A DNA stretch of 35,679 nt from positions 1 through 35,679 of the forward strand of contig DASWSY010000088.1 in the NCBI GenBank assembly GCA_036402415.1, given 5' to 3'. This DNA is from Rhizobacter sp. (GTDB lineage Bacteria > Pseudomonadota > Gammaproteobacteria > Burkholderiales > Burkholderiaceae_C). The position numbers and the translations under genes were made by a program. Positions 1-10,723 of the stretch are shown here, piece by piece. The first letter of the stretch is position 1. Each line of letters opens with the position of its first letter. The notes beneath the pieces are model-generated. The model was not told the origin of the DNA. It worked only from the letters and a program-made list of their open reading frames with translations, and ran no database searches.

Positions 1-124
1 AAAGCTCCGAGGCCTTGGGCAGATTGGCCTTGTCGTTCAGGTTGGCGACCTGCCGGTTGCGCCACTCTTCCAGCGCCTTGGGGGCGGTGGTGTAGTGGCC
101 GTGGATGTCGATGATGAGGCTCAT
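1..124 (-). CDS. ligJ: 4-oxalomesaconate hydratase (amidohydrolase family), 5' part; truncated by window edge
   Basis: Manual translation from ATG at 124 (absent from the ORF track): MSLIIDIHGHYTTAPKALEEWRNRQVANL. This matches the LigJ/PmdE N-terminus (IID.HGHYTT.P HxH metal motif). Confidence 0.85.
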   Translation of the reverse strand, partial: MSLIIDIHGHYTTAPKALEEWRNRQVANLNDKANLPKASEL

Positions 125-216
125 GTGGGGTGCGCTGAGGAGCGCCGTGGGGGCGATCTGCGAACGATTCTTGCGCAGCACTTCTCATGCAGCAACGAGA
201 TAGCCCACATAGCAGC

Positions 217-233
217 TATGCCCATCCGGCATA
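217..233. promoter_or_regulatory. LysR-type binding site (T-N11-A inverted repeat)
   Basis: TATGCC-CATCC-GGCATA with T219-N11-A231. It overlaps a second palindrome, CATAGC-A-GCTATG (208-220), between divergent ligJ and LysR. Confidence 0.6.
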
Positions 234-242
234 CTGGAAGCC

Positions 243-1142
243 ATGGACTTGAAGCAGCTCGAATACTTCGTGCACGTGGCCGAACTGGGCAGCTTCACGC
301 GCGCGGCGAGCTTCCTGTCGATCGCCCAGCCGGCGCTGAGCCGCCAGGTCCGCGCCCTCGAAGTCGAGTTGCGCCAATCCCTCTTCGAGCGCAACGGTCG
401 CGGCGTCACGCTGACCGAGGCCGGCACGCGCCTGCTGGCCCACGGCCGCGGCATCCTGCAGCAGGTCGAGCGCGCCAGGCTCGACATGGAAGACCATCGA
501 GGCGCCGCCACCGGCCGCCTGGTGCTGGCCCTGCCGCCGAGCGTGAGCCGCACGCTTACCACGCCGCTGGTCGCCTCGTTCAGGGCGCGGTTTCCCAAGG
601 CCACGCTGAGCGTGGTCGAGGGGCTCTCGACCTACGTGCTGGAGTGGCTGGCGATCGGGCGGGTCGACTGCGCGGTGGTCTACAACGTGGCGCCCTCGGC
701 CGCGATCGACCTGGTGCCGGTGCTCGACGAACAGCTCTACCTCGTCTCGGCGCGCGAGAAGGGCGGCAAGCTGATCGGCCCGCCGGTCACGCTGGCCGAG
801 GTGGCCGAGCACGAGCTGGTCATCCCCAGCCTGCCGCATTCGATCCGCATGCTGCTGGAGACGGCGCTCGCCAACGAGGGCCGCAAGGCGCGGGTGTCGC
901 TGGAGGTGGAGAGCATTCCCGCCATCCTCGACCTGGTGCAGCAGGGCCAGGCGCACGCGGTGCTGGCCTTGAATGCGATCCGCGCGAGCGGCCAGGAAAA
1001 CCGCTTTGCCGTCAGGCCCATTCGCCGCCCGAAGATGACCACCACGTTGTGGATCGCCACTTCCGCGCAACGCCACCGCGGGCCGCTGATCGACCAGTCG
1101 ATCGAGCTGGTGAAGGAGCTGCTGCTCAAGCTGTGGACCTGA
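243..1142 (+). CDS. LysR-family regulator (Nac-like), probable regulator of the protocatechuate 4,5-cleavage genes
   Basis: 299 aa; HTH GSFTRAA...AQPALSRQVRALE; divergent from ligJ. Confidence 0.9.
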   Translation: MDLKQLEYFVHVAELGSFTRAASFLSIAQPALSRQVRALEVELRQSLFERNGRGVTLTEAGTRLLAHGRGILQQVERARLDMEDHRGAATGRLVLALPPSVSRTLTTPLVASFRARFPKATLSVVEGLSTYVLEWLAIGRVDCAVVYNVAPSAAIDLVPVLDEQLYLVSAREKGGKLIGPPVTLAEVAEHELVIPSLPHSIRMLLETALANEGRKARVSLEVESIPAILDLVQQGQAHAVLALNAIRASGQENRFAVRPIRRPKMTTTLWIATSAQRHRGPLIDQSIELVKELLLKLWT

Positions 1143-1283
1143 TGTCCACGTTCCTGTCAGAGCTGACAGTGGCGGTGTACCGTCGGCGCTGCTCGAATCG
1201 ATGGACGGTCGCCGCTGCCGGTGCGCCTGCAGCGGCGTGCGAACGCCTGAGGAGCCAGCATCCTGAACCATCCTGCGACAAGA

Positions 1284-3161
1284 TTGCGGCCGCTCGCCTG
1301 GGCCCTGGGTGTGTGTGTCGCGACCTCGGCGGCAGGCGCTCCTCGTGACATCGCCGACCTGTCCCTGGAAGAGCTGAGCCGGCTGGAAGTCACCTCGGTG
1401 TCGCGTCGCGGCGAGCCCCTGTCGGCGGCGCCGGCCTCCATCTACGTCATCACCGCCGACGCGATCCGCCGCTCGGGCGTGAGCTCGCTGCCCGAGGCGC
1501 TGCGCCTTGCGCCCAACCTGCAGGTGGCGCGCATCGACGCGACGCAATACGCCATCAGCGCGCGCGGCTTCAACAACGCCATCGGCAACAAGCTGCTGGT
1601 GCTCATCGACGGCCGCACGGTCTACACCCCTTTCTTCTCGGGCGTGTTCTGGGACCAGCAGGACGTGATGCTCGAGGACGTCGAACGCATCGAGGTCATC
1701 AGCGGCCCCGGCGCCACGCTGTGGGGCGCGAACGCGGTCAATGGCGTCATCAACATCCTCACCCGGTCGAGTGTCGACACGCTGGGCAACCTGGCCGTGG
1801 CGGGCGGCGGCAACCGCGAGCGCGGCCTGAGCCTGCGCCACGGCGGCACGCTGGGCGAGCGCGGCACGCTGCGCACCTATTTCAAGACCGCCCGCCTGCG
1901 CCACACCGAGACGGCCGCCGGCGCCGGCCTCGACGATGCCAACGAGCGCCACCAGGCGGGCCTGCGCGCCGACTGGGCGATGGGCGTCGACACCGTCACG
2001 CTGCAGGGCGACGTCTACGAGACACGGGCCGAGCACCGTGGCGTGTTGCTGGGCACAGCGCTCACGCCCATCCGCTCGAATGGCGCCAACCTGCTCGGCC
2101 GCTGGACGCGCCGGCTGGCCGACGGGGCCGAGCTGCGCGTGCAGGCCTACCTCGACCACATGGAGCGCGACGACGCATTGCTCTACCGGCCGCAGGTCGA
2201 GCTGGCCGACCTGGAGTTGCAGCGCAGCATGACCCGCGGGGTGCACAAGCTTGTCTGGGGCGGCGGCTACCGCCATGCGCGCGACGAACTGCGCCCCGGC
2301 GTCTTCTTCGGCTTCGAGCCCGGCAGCCAGAGCCTGGACTGGGCCAACGTCTTCGTGCAGGACGAGCTCACGCTCGGCCCCGACCTCGCCGTGACGCTCG
2401 GCCTCAAGTTCGAGCACAACGAGTACACCGGCTTGGAGACGCTGCCCACCCTGCGCGCCGCCTGGCAACCGGCTGCCGGCCACCTCGTCTGGGGCGCGCT
2501 CTCGCGCGCCGTGCGGGCGCCGGCACGGCTCGACCGCGACATCCGCCTGCCGCCGCAGCCGCCCTACATCATCGCCGGCGGGCCCGACTTCGTCTCCGAG
2601 GTCGCCAACGTGCTCGAACTCGGCTACCGGCTGCAGCTCGCCGCCGACTGGAGCGGCTCGGCCACCGCCTACCTGAGCGACTGGAAGCGCCTGCGCAGCG
2701 GCCAGTCGCCGCCCAACGCGCAGGTGCAGAACATGATCGACGGCCGCACCTACGGCCTCGAAGCCTGGGCGAGCTGGCAGGCGATGCCCGCCTGGCGGCT
2801 GAGCGGCGGCTTCACCACGCTGCACAAGGATCTGGCGCAGCGCCCTGAAAGCCTCGACCCGGTCGGGCCCGCCAACCTGGGCGACGACCCGTCGTTCCAG
2901 TGGTCGCTGCGTTCGGCCTGGACGCCGGCCGAGGGGCACGAGATCGACGTGGCCGTGCGCCGCGTGGGCGCATTGCCCCAGGCGGCCGTGCCGGCCTATA
3001 CCGCGATCGACGCCCGCTACGGCTGGCGCGTGAGCCGCGCGCTGGAGCTGTCGCTCGTGGCGCACAACCTCGGCGACCCGGGGCATCCGGAATTCAACGC
3101 CGCACCGGGCCGCGCCGAGATCGAGCGCAGCATCGGCCTGTGGCTCAGGTGGTCACCGTGA
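1284..3161 (+). CDS. TonB-dependent receptor (plug + barrel)
   Basis: Signal peptide, DLSLEEL..LEVTSVSRR, plug motifs LVLIDGR and ERIEVISGPGATLWGANAVNGVINI. Start uncertain: TTG 1284, or in-frame CTG 1263, which has GAGGAG at 1249-1254. Confidence 0.9.
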   Translation: MRPLAWALGVCVATSAAGAPRDIADLSLEELSRLEVTSVSRRGEPLSAAPASIYVITADAIRRSGVSSLPEALRLAPNLQVARIDATQYAISARGFNNAIGNKLLVLIDGRTVYTPFFSGVFWDQQDVMLEDVERIEVISGPGATLWGANAVNGVINILTRSSVDTLGNLAVAGGGNRERGLSLRHGGTLGERGTLRTYFKTARLRHTETAAGAGLDDANERHQAGLRADWAMGVDTVTLQGDVYETRAEHRGVLLGTALTPIRSNGANLLGRWTRRLADGAELRVQAYLDHMERDDALLYRPQVELADLELQRSMTRGVHKLVWGGGYRHARDELRPGVFFGFEPGSQSLDWANVFVQDELTLGPDLAVTLGLKFEHNEYTGLETLPTLRAAWQPAAGHLVWGALSRAVRAPARLDRDIRLPPQPPYIIAGGPDFVSEVANVLELGYRLQLAADWSGSATAYLSDWKRLRSGQSPPNAQVQNMIDGRTYGLEAWASWQAMPAWRLSGGFTTLHKDLAQRPESLDPVGPANLGDDPSFQWSLRSAWTPAEGHEIDVAVRRVGALPQAAVPAYTAIDARYGWRVSRALELSLVAHNLGDPGHPEFNAAPGRAEIERSIGLWLRWSP

Positions 3162-3726
3162 ATCGCCGTGCCGCGGTGTGCGCCTGTCTGCACGCCGCGG
3201 GCTGGGGTGCGTGGGCCCTGCTCGCGCCCCCCGGCGCGGCGGCTCAGGCCGCGCCCGCCGTCGCCGAGCACCAGGTCAAGGCGGCCTATCTTTACAAGTT
3301 TCTCGATTTCGTCGAGTGGCCGGCGGCCGCGTTCGAGTCGCCGCACAGCCCGTACGTGATCGGCGTGGCCGGACACGACGCGCTGGCCGAGGAGCTCGAA
3401 GCGCTGCTGGCGCGGCGCCGGCCCGCCAGCCGCCCGGTGGTCGCGCGCCGCCTGCGGCCGGGCGAAGCGCCGACCGGGCTGCACGTGCTCTTCGTCGGCC
3501 GAGGGGCGGCCGCGCGTGCGGGTGCGCTGCTGGCGGCCACCGAGAAATCGCCGGTGCTCACCGTCACCGACACCGACGACGGTCTGGCGGCAGGCAGCGT
3601 CATCAGCTTCGCGGTGGAAGACCAGCGGGTGCGCTTCGACGTCGCCTTGCGCCGCGCCGAGGCACACGAGCTCAAGATCAGTTCGCGGCTGCTGGGCGTG
3701 GCCCGGCGTGTGGTGGGAGCGCCGTC

Positions 3727-3730
<4 letters not shown>
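3158..3730 (+). CDS. YfiR/HmsC-family (DUF4154) periplasmic protein
   Basis: EHQVKAAYLYKFLDFVEWP...VLTVTD...VRFDV...LKISSRLL signature. GTG start overlaps the TBDR stop (GTGA). Confidence 0.85.
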
Positions 3731-5760
<2,030 letters not shown>

Positions 5761-5803
5761 GACGGACGGCCGGTGCGCTCAAGCGGCTGCCGCCTCGGCC
5801 GAT

Positions 5804-6988
5804 ATGCCGTGCATGGGCAAGGCCGTCCGCACACGCGTCTCCACCCTCGTGCTCGGCCACGAGGCCCGGCAGCGCCTGCGTGCCTCGCAGGCCTTGATGG
5901 TGGTGCTGGTCGACGTGCTGCTGTCCTTCGTCTGCGCCTTTGGCGTGTGGACGGGGCTGATCGATGCACGGCTGGCGCTCGCCTGGTCGTCGCTCACGCT
6001 CCTGGGCGTGCTGGGGTTCTATGCCGTCATCCGCAGCGGCTGGAACCTGCGCCTGGCCTCCGCCGACCCGGCGTTGACGCTGCCGCAGGGCGTCTTCAGC
6101 ATCTTCTCGACGCTGGGCGCCTACCTCATCTGCGGCCCGGTGCGCGGGGCGAGCCTGCTCGCGATGGCCATCACGCTCGTCTGCGGCATGTTCGCGCTCA
6201 AGCCCGGCCAGGTGCAGCGGCTGAGCGTCTTTTCCGTGCTGCTGCTGGGCGCGACCATGGTCGGCGCGCACCTGCGCTGGCCCGAGCGCTTCCCGATCGC
6301 CGAAGAGGCACTGCACTTCATGATGATCGCGGTGGTGCTGCCCACCATCGCGGTGCTGGCGGGGCAGCTCAGCACCATGCGCCACAAGCTGCGCCAGCAC
6401 CGCCTCGACCTGGAGCAGGCGCTGGAACACAACCGGCAGCTCGCCATCCGCGACGAACTCACCGGCCTCTACAACCGCCGCCATGTGATGGAGCTGATGG
6501 ACAAGGAAGCGCAGCGTGCCCAGCGCAATGGGCAGCCGTTGGCCATCGCGCTGCTCGACATCGACCATTTCAAGCGCATCAACGACAGCTGCGGCCACAC
6601 GCAGGGCGACGAGGTGCTGAAGGCCTTCGCCCTGGCGGTGGGCGCGACCGTGCGCGACACCGACGTGCTTGGCCGCTGGGGCGGCGAGGAGTTCATGGTC
6701 GTGCTGCCCGACACCGACGCGGCGGGCGCCGAACGGGTGCTCGCGCGGGTGCACGCGAGCGTGGGCGGCGTGAGCTTCCCGTGCGGCCACGAGTCGCGCG
6801 GCGTGAGCTTCTCGGCCGGCATCGCCGCCGCGGCGCCGGGCGAGCCGCTGCATGCGACCATCGAGCGGGCCGACAGCGCGCTCTACCGCGCCAAAGACGC
6901 CGGGCGCCATTGCAGCGTGGTGGCCGACACGCCCGATGCCACCGCGCTTGCGCGGGCCGCGCGGCCTGTGACATCATGCGTCCCGTGA
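5804..6988 (+). CDS. Multi-pass membrane diguanylate cyclase
   Basis: About 6 hydrophobic helices, DELTGLYNRR, DIDHFKRIND, I-site RDTD, active-site GGEEF. Alternative start 5813. Confidence 0.9.
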   Translation: MPCMGKAVRTRVSTLVLGHEARQRLRASQALMVVLVDVLLSFVCAFGVWTGLIDARLALAWSSLTLLGVLGFYAVIRSGWNLRLASADPALTLPQGVFSIFSTLGAYLICGPVRGASLLAMAITLVCGMFALKPGQVQRLSVFSVLLLGATMVGAHLRWPERFPIAEEALHFMMIAVVLPTIAVLAGQLSTMRHKLRQHRLDLEQALEHNRQLAIRDELTGLYNRRHVMELMDKEAQRAQRNGQPLAIALLDIDHFKRINDSCGHTQGDEVLKAFALAVGATVRDTDVLGRWGGEEFMVVLPDTDAAGAERVLARVHASVGGVSFPCGHESRGVSFSAGIAAAAPGEPLHATIERADSALYRAKDAGRHCSVVADTPDATALARAARPVTSCVP

Positions 6989-7098
6989 CACCCCGGCCCG
7001 CACACACCCAACACGTCTCGCACCTCGCGAGCGTCGTGCTGCGCCGCGCCGCCATCTCCCCCACCTCCATCTCGATTCGAATTCGCCTGGACCGCTGA
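6985..7098 (+). promoter_or_regulatory. Putative Ile/Ser/Thr-rich leader peptide (translational attenuator)
   Basis: GTG 6985 (or ATG 6976) to TGA 7098, ending ISPTSISIRIRLDR. Bases 7065-7076 are complementary to the downstream SD region 7184-7194. Confidence 0.5.
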
Positions 7099-7200
7099 GC
7101 TGCGGCTTTGCCCGGTGCTTGGCGGTCCCGCATGCCCGTCGTCGCGTGCGCGCTCGCCTTGTCGCGGGCCACGCCTTCCCCGCATCGAATGGAGTTCCCA

Positions 7201-8259
7201 ATGTCCGCATTGCTACAAGACGGCGCTGCTGCGCCGGTGTCGTCGTCCCGCTCCTCCGCGAAGGCCGAGCTGCCCTATCCCCGCCTGCACGAGGTCGAGC
7301 GCGTGGCCATGCAGCTCGCTGGCCGCATCCTGCCCACCCCCGTGTGGCGCTGGCAGACCGGCGTGGTCGCGCGCCGCTTCAACCCGCTCACCGAGGTCTG
7401 GCTCAAGCTCGAGCTCTTCCAGCAGACCGGCAGCTTCAAGTTGCGCGGGGCGCTGCATGCGGTGCAGTCGTTGAGCGATGAGCAGCGCCGGCGCGGCGTG
7501 GTGGCAGCGAGCGCCGGCAACCACGCCGTGGCCGTGGCCTGTGCCGCGCGTGCGGCCGCCTCGCACGCCAAGCTCGTGATGCCGAAGTCGGCGAGCCCCG
7601 TGCGCCTCGACGCCTGCCGCGGCTATGGCGCCGAGCTGTTGCTGACCGACACGCTGGCCGAGGCCTTCGCGCTGGCCGACCGCATCGCCACCGAGGAAGG
7701 CCGCAGCATGGTCCACCCCTTCGACGGTCCGCGCACCGCCGAGGGCACGGGCACCCTGGGGCTGGAGCTCATGCGCCAGGTGCGTGGCCTCGACGCGGTG
7801 GTGGTGCCGGTGGGCGGTGGCGGCCTCGCGGCCGGCGTCTCGGCCATCGTCAAGCAGATCAACCCGCGCTGCCAGGTCTTCGGCGTCGAGCCGGTGGGTG
7901 CCGATGCCATGTATCGCAGCTTCCAGGCCGGCAGGCCGGTGCGCCTGGACGGTGTCGACACCGTGGCCGACAGCCTGAGCGCGCCCTATGCGCTGGCCTA
8001 CAGCTACGGCGTGTGCCGGCGTTTCGTCGACGAGATCGTGCGCGTGGACGACGAGGCCCTGGCAGCCGCGATGCACCACCTCTTCCTCGACATGAAGCTT
8101 GCCGTGGAACCGGCCGCCGCCGCCGCGACCGCGGCCCTGCTCGGCCCGTTGCACGAGCGGCTCGACGGCCGGCGCGTGGCGCTGATCGTCTGCGGCTCCA
8201 ACATCGACGCCGAGCGCTACGGCGAATTGCTCAGGCGTTCGGCAGGCCGAGCTGCTTGA
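7201..8259 (+). CDS. PLP-dependent threonine/serine dehydratase, short form without C-terminal regulatory domain
   Basis: KLELFQQTGSFKLRGA (PLP lysine), ASAGNHA, PVGGGGL, CGSNID; GGAG RBS at 7191-7194; 352 aa. Confidence 0.88.
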   Translation: MSALLQDGAAAPVSSSRSSAKAELPYPRLHEVERVAMQLAGRILPTPVWRWQTGVVARRFNPLTEVWLKLELFQQTGSFKLRGALHAVQSLSDEQRRRGVVAASAGNHAVAVACAARAAASHAKLVMPKSASPVRLDACRGYGAELLLTDTLAEAFALADRIATEEGRSMVHPFDGPRTAEGTGTLGLELMRQVRGLDAVVVPVGGGGLAAGVSAIVKQINPRCQVFGVEPVGADAMYRSFQAGRPVRLDGVDTVADSLSAPYALAYSYGVCRRFVDEIVRVDDEALAAAMHHLFLDMKLAVEPAAAAATAALLGPLHERLDGRRVALIVCGSNIDAERYGELLRRSAGRAA

Positions 8260-8701
8260 GGTAGCGCACCGCGTCTTCCACGCCCTGGTAGTAGCCCGCG
8301 CGCCGGTCGACTTCGACGAAGCCGTGGCGCAGGTAGAAGGCGCGCGCACCGGCATTGCCGCTGCGCGTCTCGAGCTTCAGGGTGCGGATGCCGGCCACCG
8401 CCAGCGTGCTCTCCAGCCAGGCGAGCAGCATGCTGCCCACGCCCTGGCGGCGGCAGCGCGGCTGGGTGGCGAGCAGCAGCAGGTGGGCCTCGTCCTCGCC
8501 GTACTTCATCACCGCGAAGCCGAGCAGGTCGTTGTACTGCCGCACGACGACGACGTTGGTGTCGGCGTCGGCCATGCTGGCGAGCACGCGCGGAGGCGTC
8601 CAGCGCCATTCGAGGCCATGCTCGATGACGCGGCGCGAGAGCGCAGCAATGGCCACCGCGTCGTCGGGCACGGCCAGGCCGATGTCGCTTTCGGTGATCA
8701 T
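8231..8701 (-). CDS. GNAT N-acetyltransferase (RimI-like)
   Basis: RRQGVG acetyl-CoA motif, LETRSGNAGARAFYLRHGF...RRAGYY. Confidence 0.8.
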   Translation of the reverse strand: MITESDIGLAVPDDAVAIAALSRRVIEHGLEWRWTPPRVLASMADADTNVVVVRQYNDLLGFAVMKYGEDEAHLLLLATQPRCRRQGVGSMLLAWLESTLAVAGIRTLKLETRSGNAGARAFYLRHGFVEVDRRAGYYQGVEDAVRYLKQLGLPNA

Positions 8702-8771
8702 GGCCGCTGATTCTGGCCCGGCGCGGACGAGGCGACAATGCGGGCTTTGTCGCTTGCCGCTGCGAGTCGTC

Positions 8772-10694
8772 GTGCGCCACGCTGTCTTTCTTGTCGCCGT
8801 GTTGATGTGTGCACTGCCGGTGCGGGCCGCGAACGATGCCGCGGCCTCGGCACGCGCGCTGGTCGAACAGAGCCAGGCGCAGGTCAAGGTCGACCCCGAG
8901 CGCAGTCGAGCGCTGGCCGAGCAGGCGCTGCAGCAGCTCGCAACGCAGCCCGACCCCGACCTGCAGGTGCGCGCCCACTTGCTGCTGTGCGACTACCACT
9001 CCGAGCGTGACCGCGCGGCGGCGGAGCGCCATGTGGCCGAGGCGCGGGTGCTCGTGTCGCAACTCAGTCGCAAAGGCCTGGCCGCTGGCGTGCTGGGCTG
9101 CGAAGGCACGCTTCACGAAGGGGCCGGCGACAACCTGCGGGCCCTCGCCCTCTACGACGAGGCGGTGGCGCTGGCCGAGCGGGCGCAAGACGACGAGATG
9201 CACGCCGACAGCCTCTTCAACCGCGGCCACCTGCGTGGCGTGCGCGGCGAGTTCGCGAGCGGCCTGGCCGACCTGAAGCGCGCGCGTGCCACGTTCGAGC
9301 GGCTGCAGATGCCGTTCCACACGCTCACCGTCGAGAACACCATCGCCATCCTCTACAACCGCATGGGCGACCATGTGCAGGCGCGGCACTACTACGCCTC
9401 GGCGCTGAAGGCGCAGGCGGCGGCAGGGCTGCAGCGCGAGCAGGCAGTGACGCAGTACAACCTCGGCCGCTCGCTCGAAAACCTGCGCGAGTGGGAGGCC
9501 GCCCAGCAGGCCTTCGACCAGACGCTCAAGCTGAGCCGCGAGCTGAACTACCCGCGCGGCGTGGCCTATGCGTTGCGCGGCCAGGCCGCGGTGCAGAACG
9601 CACGCCGTCAGCCGGAGAGCGCGCTCACGCTGCTCGACCAGGCGGCCGAGCTGCAGAAGACCCTGCCCGATGCACGCCTGCGTGCGCAGATCCAGTTGCA
9701 GCGCGGCATCGCCCTGCGGCTGATGCGCCGGCTGAACGAGAGCGCGGCGGCGCTCAACGACGCGCTCAAGGTGTTCGGCGGCGGCGAGTCGCTGGCCGAG
9801 CAGGCCGCCACCCACGGGGAGCTTGCGCAGACGCTTGCCGAGCAGGGCGACTGGCGCGGCGCCTTCGAGCAGCAGACGCAGTTCAAGGCCGCCACAGACC
9901 AGGTGCTCACGCGCCAGCTCGACGAGCGTTTCGCCACGCTGAAGGTCGAGTACGACAACGCCGCGCGCGACCGCGAGATGGCGTTGTTGCAGCAGTCGCA
10001 GAAGGTGACCGAGCACGCGCTGGCGCAGGAGCGGCTGGCCGCCCGCCTGCTGAGCGTGGTGATCGTGCTGGCCGGCGTGCTGCTCGTGGTGCTGGGCGTG
10101 CTGCTGTGGCGCCACCGCCGCACGAGCGCGGCGATGCGCGGCCTCGCGATGACCGACGAGCTGACGGGCCTGCCCAACCGCCGCGCGGCGCTCGCCGAAC
10201 TCGAAGCGCAGATGGCCATGGCCCTGCCCGACTGCGCCGTGCTGCTCGCCGACATCGACTTCTTCAAGGCCATCAACGACAACCACGGCCACCTCGCCGG
10301 CGACCAGATCCTGCGCGTGGTGGCAGGCGCGGTGCGCGCGATCGGCGCTGACGTGCCGGGCAGCGGCGCGTGCCTCGCGCGCTTCGGCGGCGAGGAGTTC
10401 ATCGCCGTGCTGCCCCGGGTGGCGCTCGACGACGCGCTCGCCGCGGCCGAGCGATTCCGTGAACGTGTGGCGGCGCTCGACGTGTCGCGCCACACGCCGG
10501 GCCGCCGCGTGACCCTCAGCGTCGGCGTGACCCGGCTCGTGGCCGGCGACACGCTCGGCACGCTGCTGCGGCGTGCCGACGAAGCGCTCTACGCGGCCAA
10601 GGCCGGTGGCCGCAACCGGGTGGTGCTGCGCCTCGCCCCGGCGCCCGAGGCCGAGCGGGCCGACGACCCCACGCCCTCGGTGCTGCCCGCCTGA
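8772..10694 (+). CDS. Periplasmic TPR-repeat diguanylate cyclase (signal-TPR-TM-GGDEF)
   Basis: Signal peptide ending PVRA, helical TPR-like repeats (YNLGRSL), one TM, TDELTGLPNRR, DIDFFKAIND, GGEEF. Start approximate (GTG 8772). Confidence 0.85.
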   Translation: MRHAVFLVAVLMCALPVRAANDAAASARALVEQSQAQVKVDPERSRALAEQALQQLATQPDPDLQVRAHLLLCDYHSERDRAAAERHVAEARVLVSQLSRKGLAAGVLGCEGTLHEGAGDNLRALALYDEAVALAERAQDDEMHADSLFNRGHLRGVRGEFASGLADLKRARATFERLQMPFHTLTVENTIAILYNRMGDHVQARHYYASALKAQAAAGLQREQAVTQYNLGRSLENLREWEAAQQAFDQTLKLSRELNYPRGVAYALRGQAAVQNARRQPESALTLLDQAAELQKTLPDARLRAQIQLQRGIALRLMRRLNESAAALNDALKVFGGGESLAEQAATHGELAQTLAEQGDWRGAFEQQTQFKAATDQVLTRQLDERFATLKVEYDNAARDREMALLQQSQKVTEHALAQERLAARLLSVVIVLAGVLLVVLGVLLWRHRRTSAAMRGLAMTDELTGLPNRRAALAELEAQMAMALPDCAVLLADIDFFKAINDNHGHLAGDQILRVVAGAVRAIGADVPGSGACLARFGGEEFIAVLPRVALDDALAAAERFRERVAALDVSRHTPGRRVTLSVGVTRLVAGDTLGTLLRRADEALYAAKAGGRNRVVLRLAPAPEAERADDPTPSVLPA

Positions 10695-10723
10695 GCGCGG
10701 CTGCGGGGCTTAGGAGGCGCCGG

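Noticed and set aside
7201-8259. Gene symbol ilvA or tdcB
   Set aside because: No regulatory domain; the short dehydratase/serine racemase/EutB subfamilies cannot be separated by eye.
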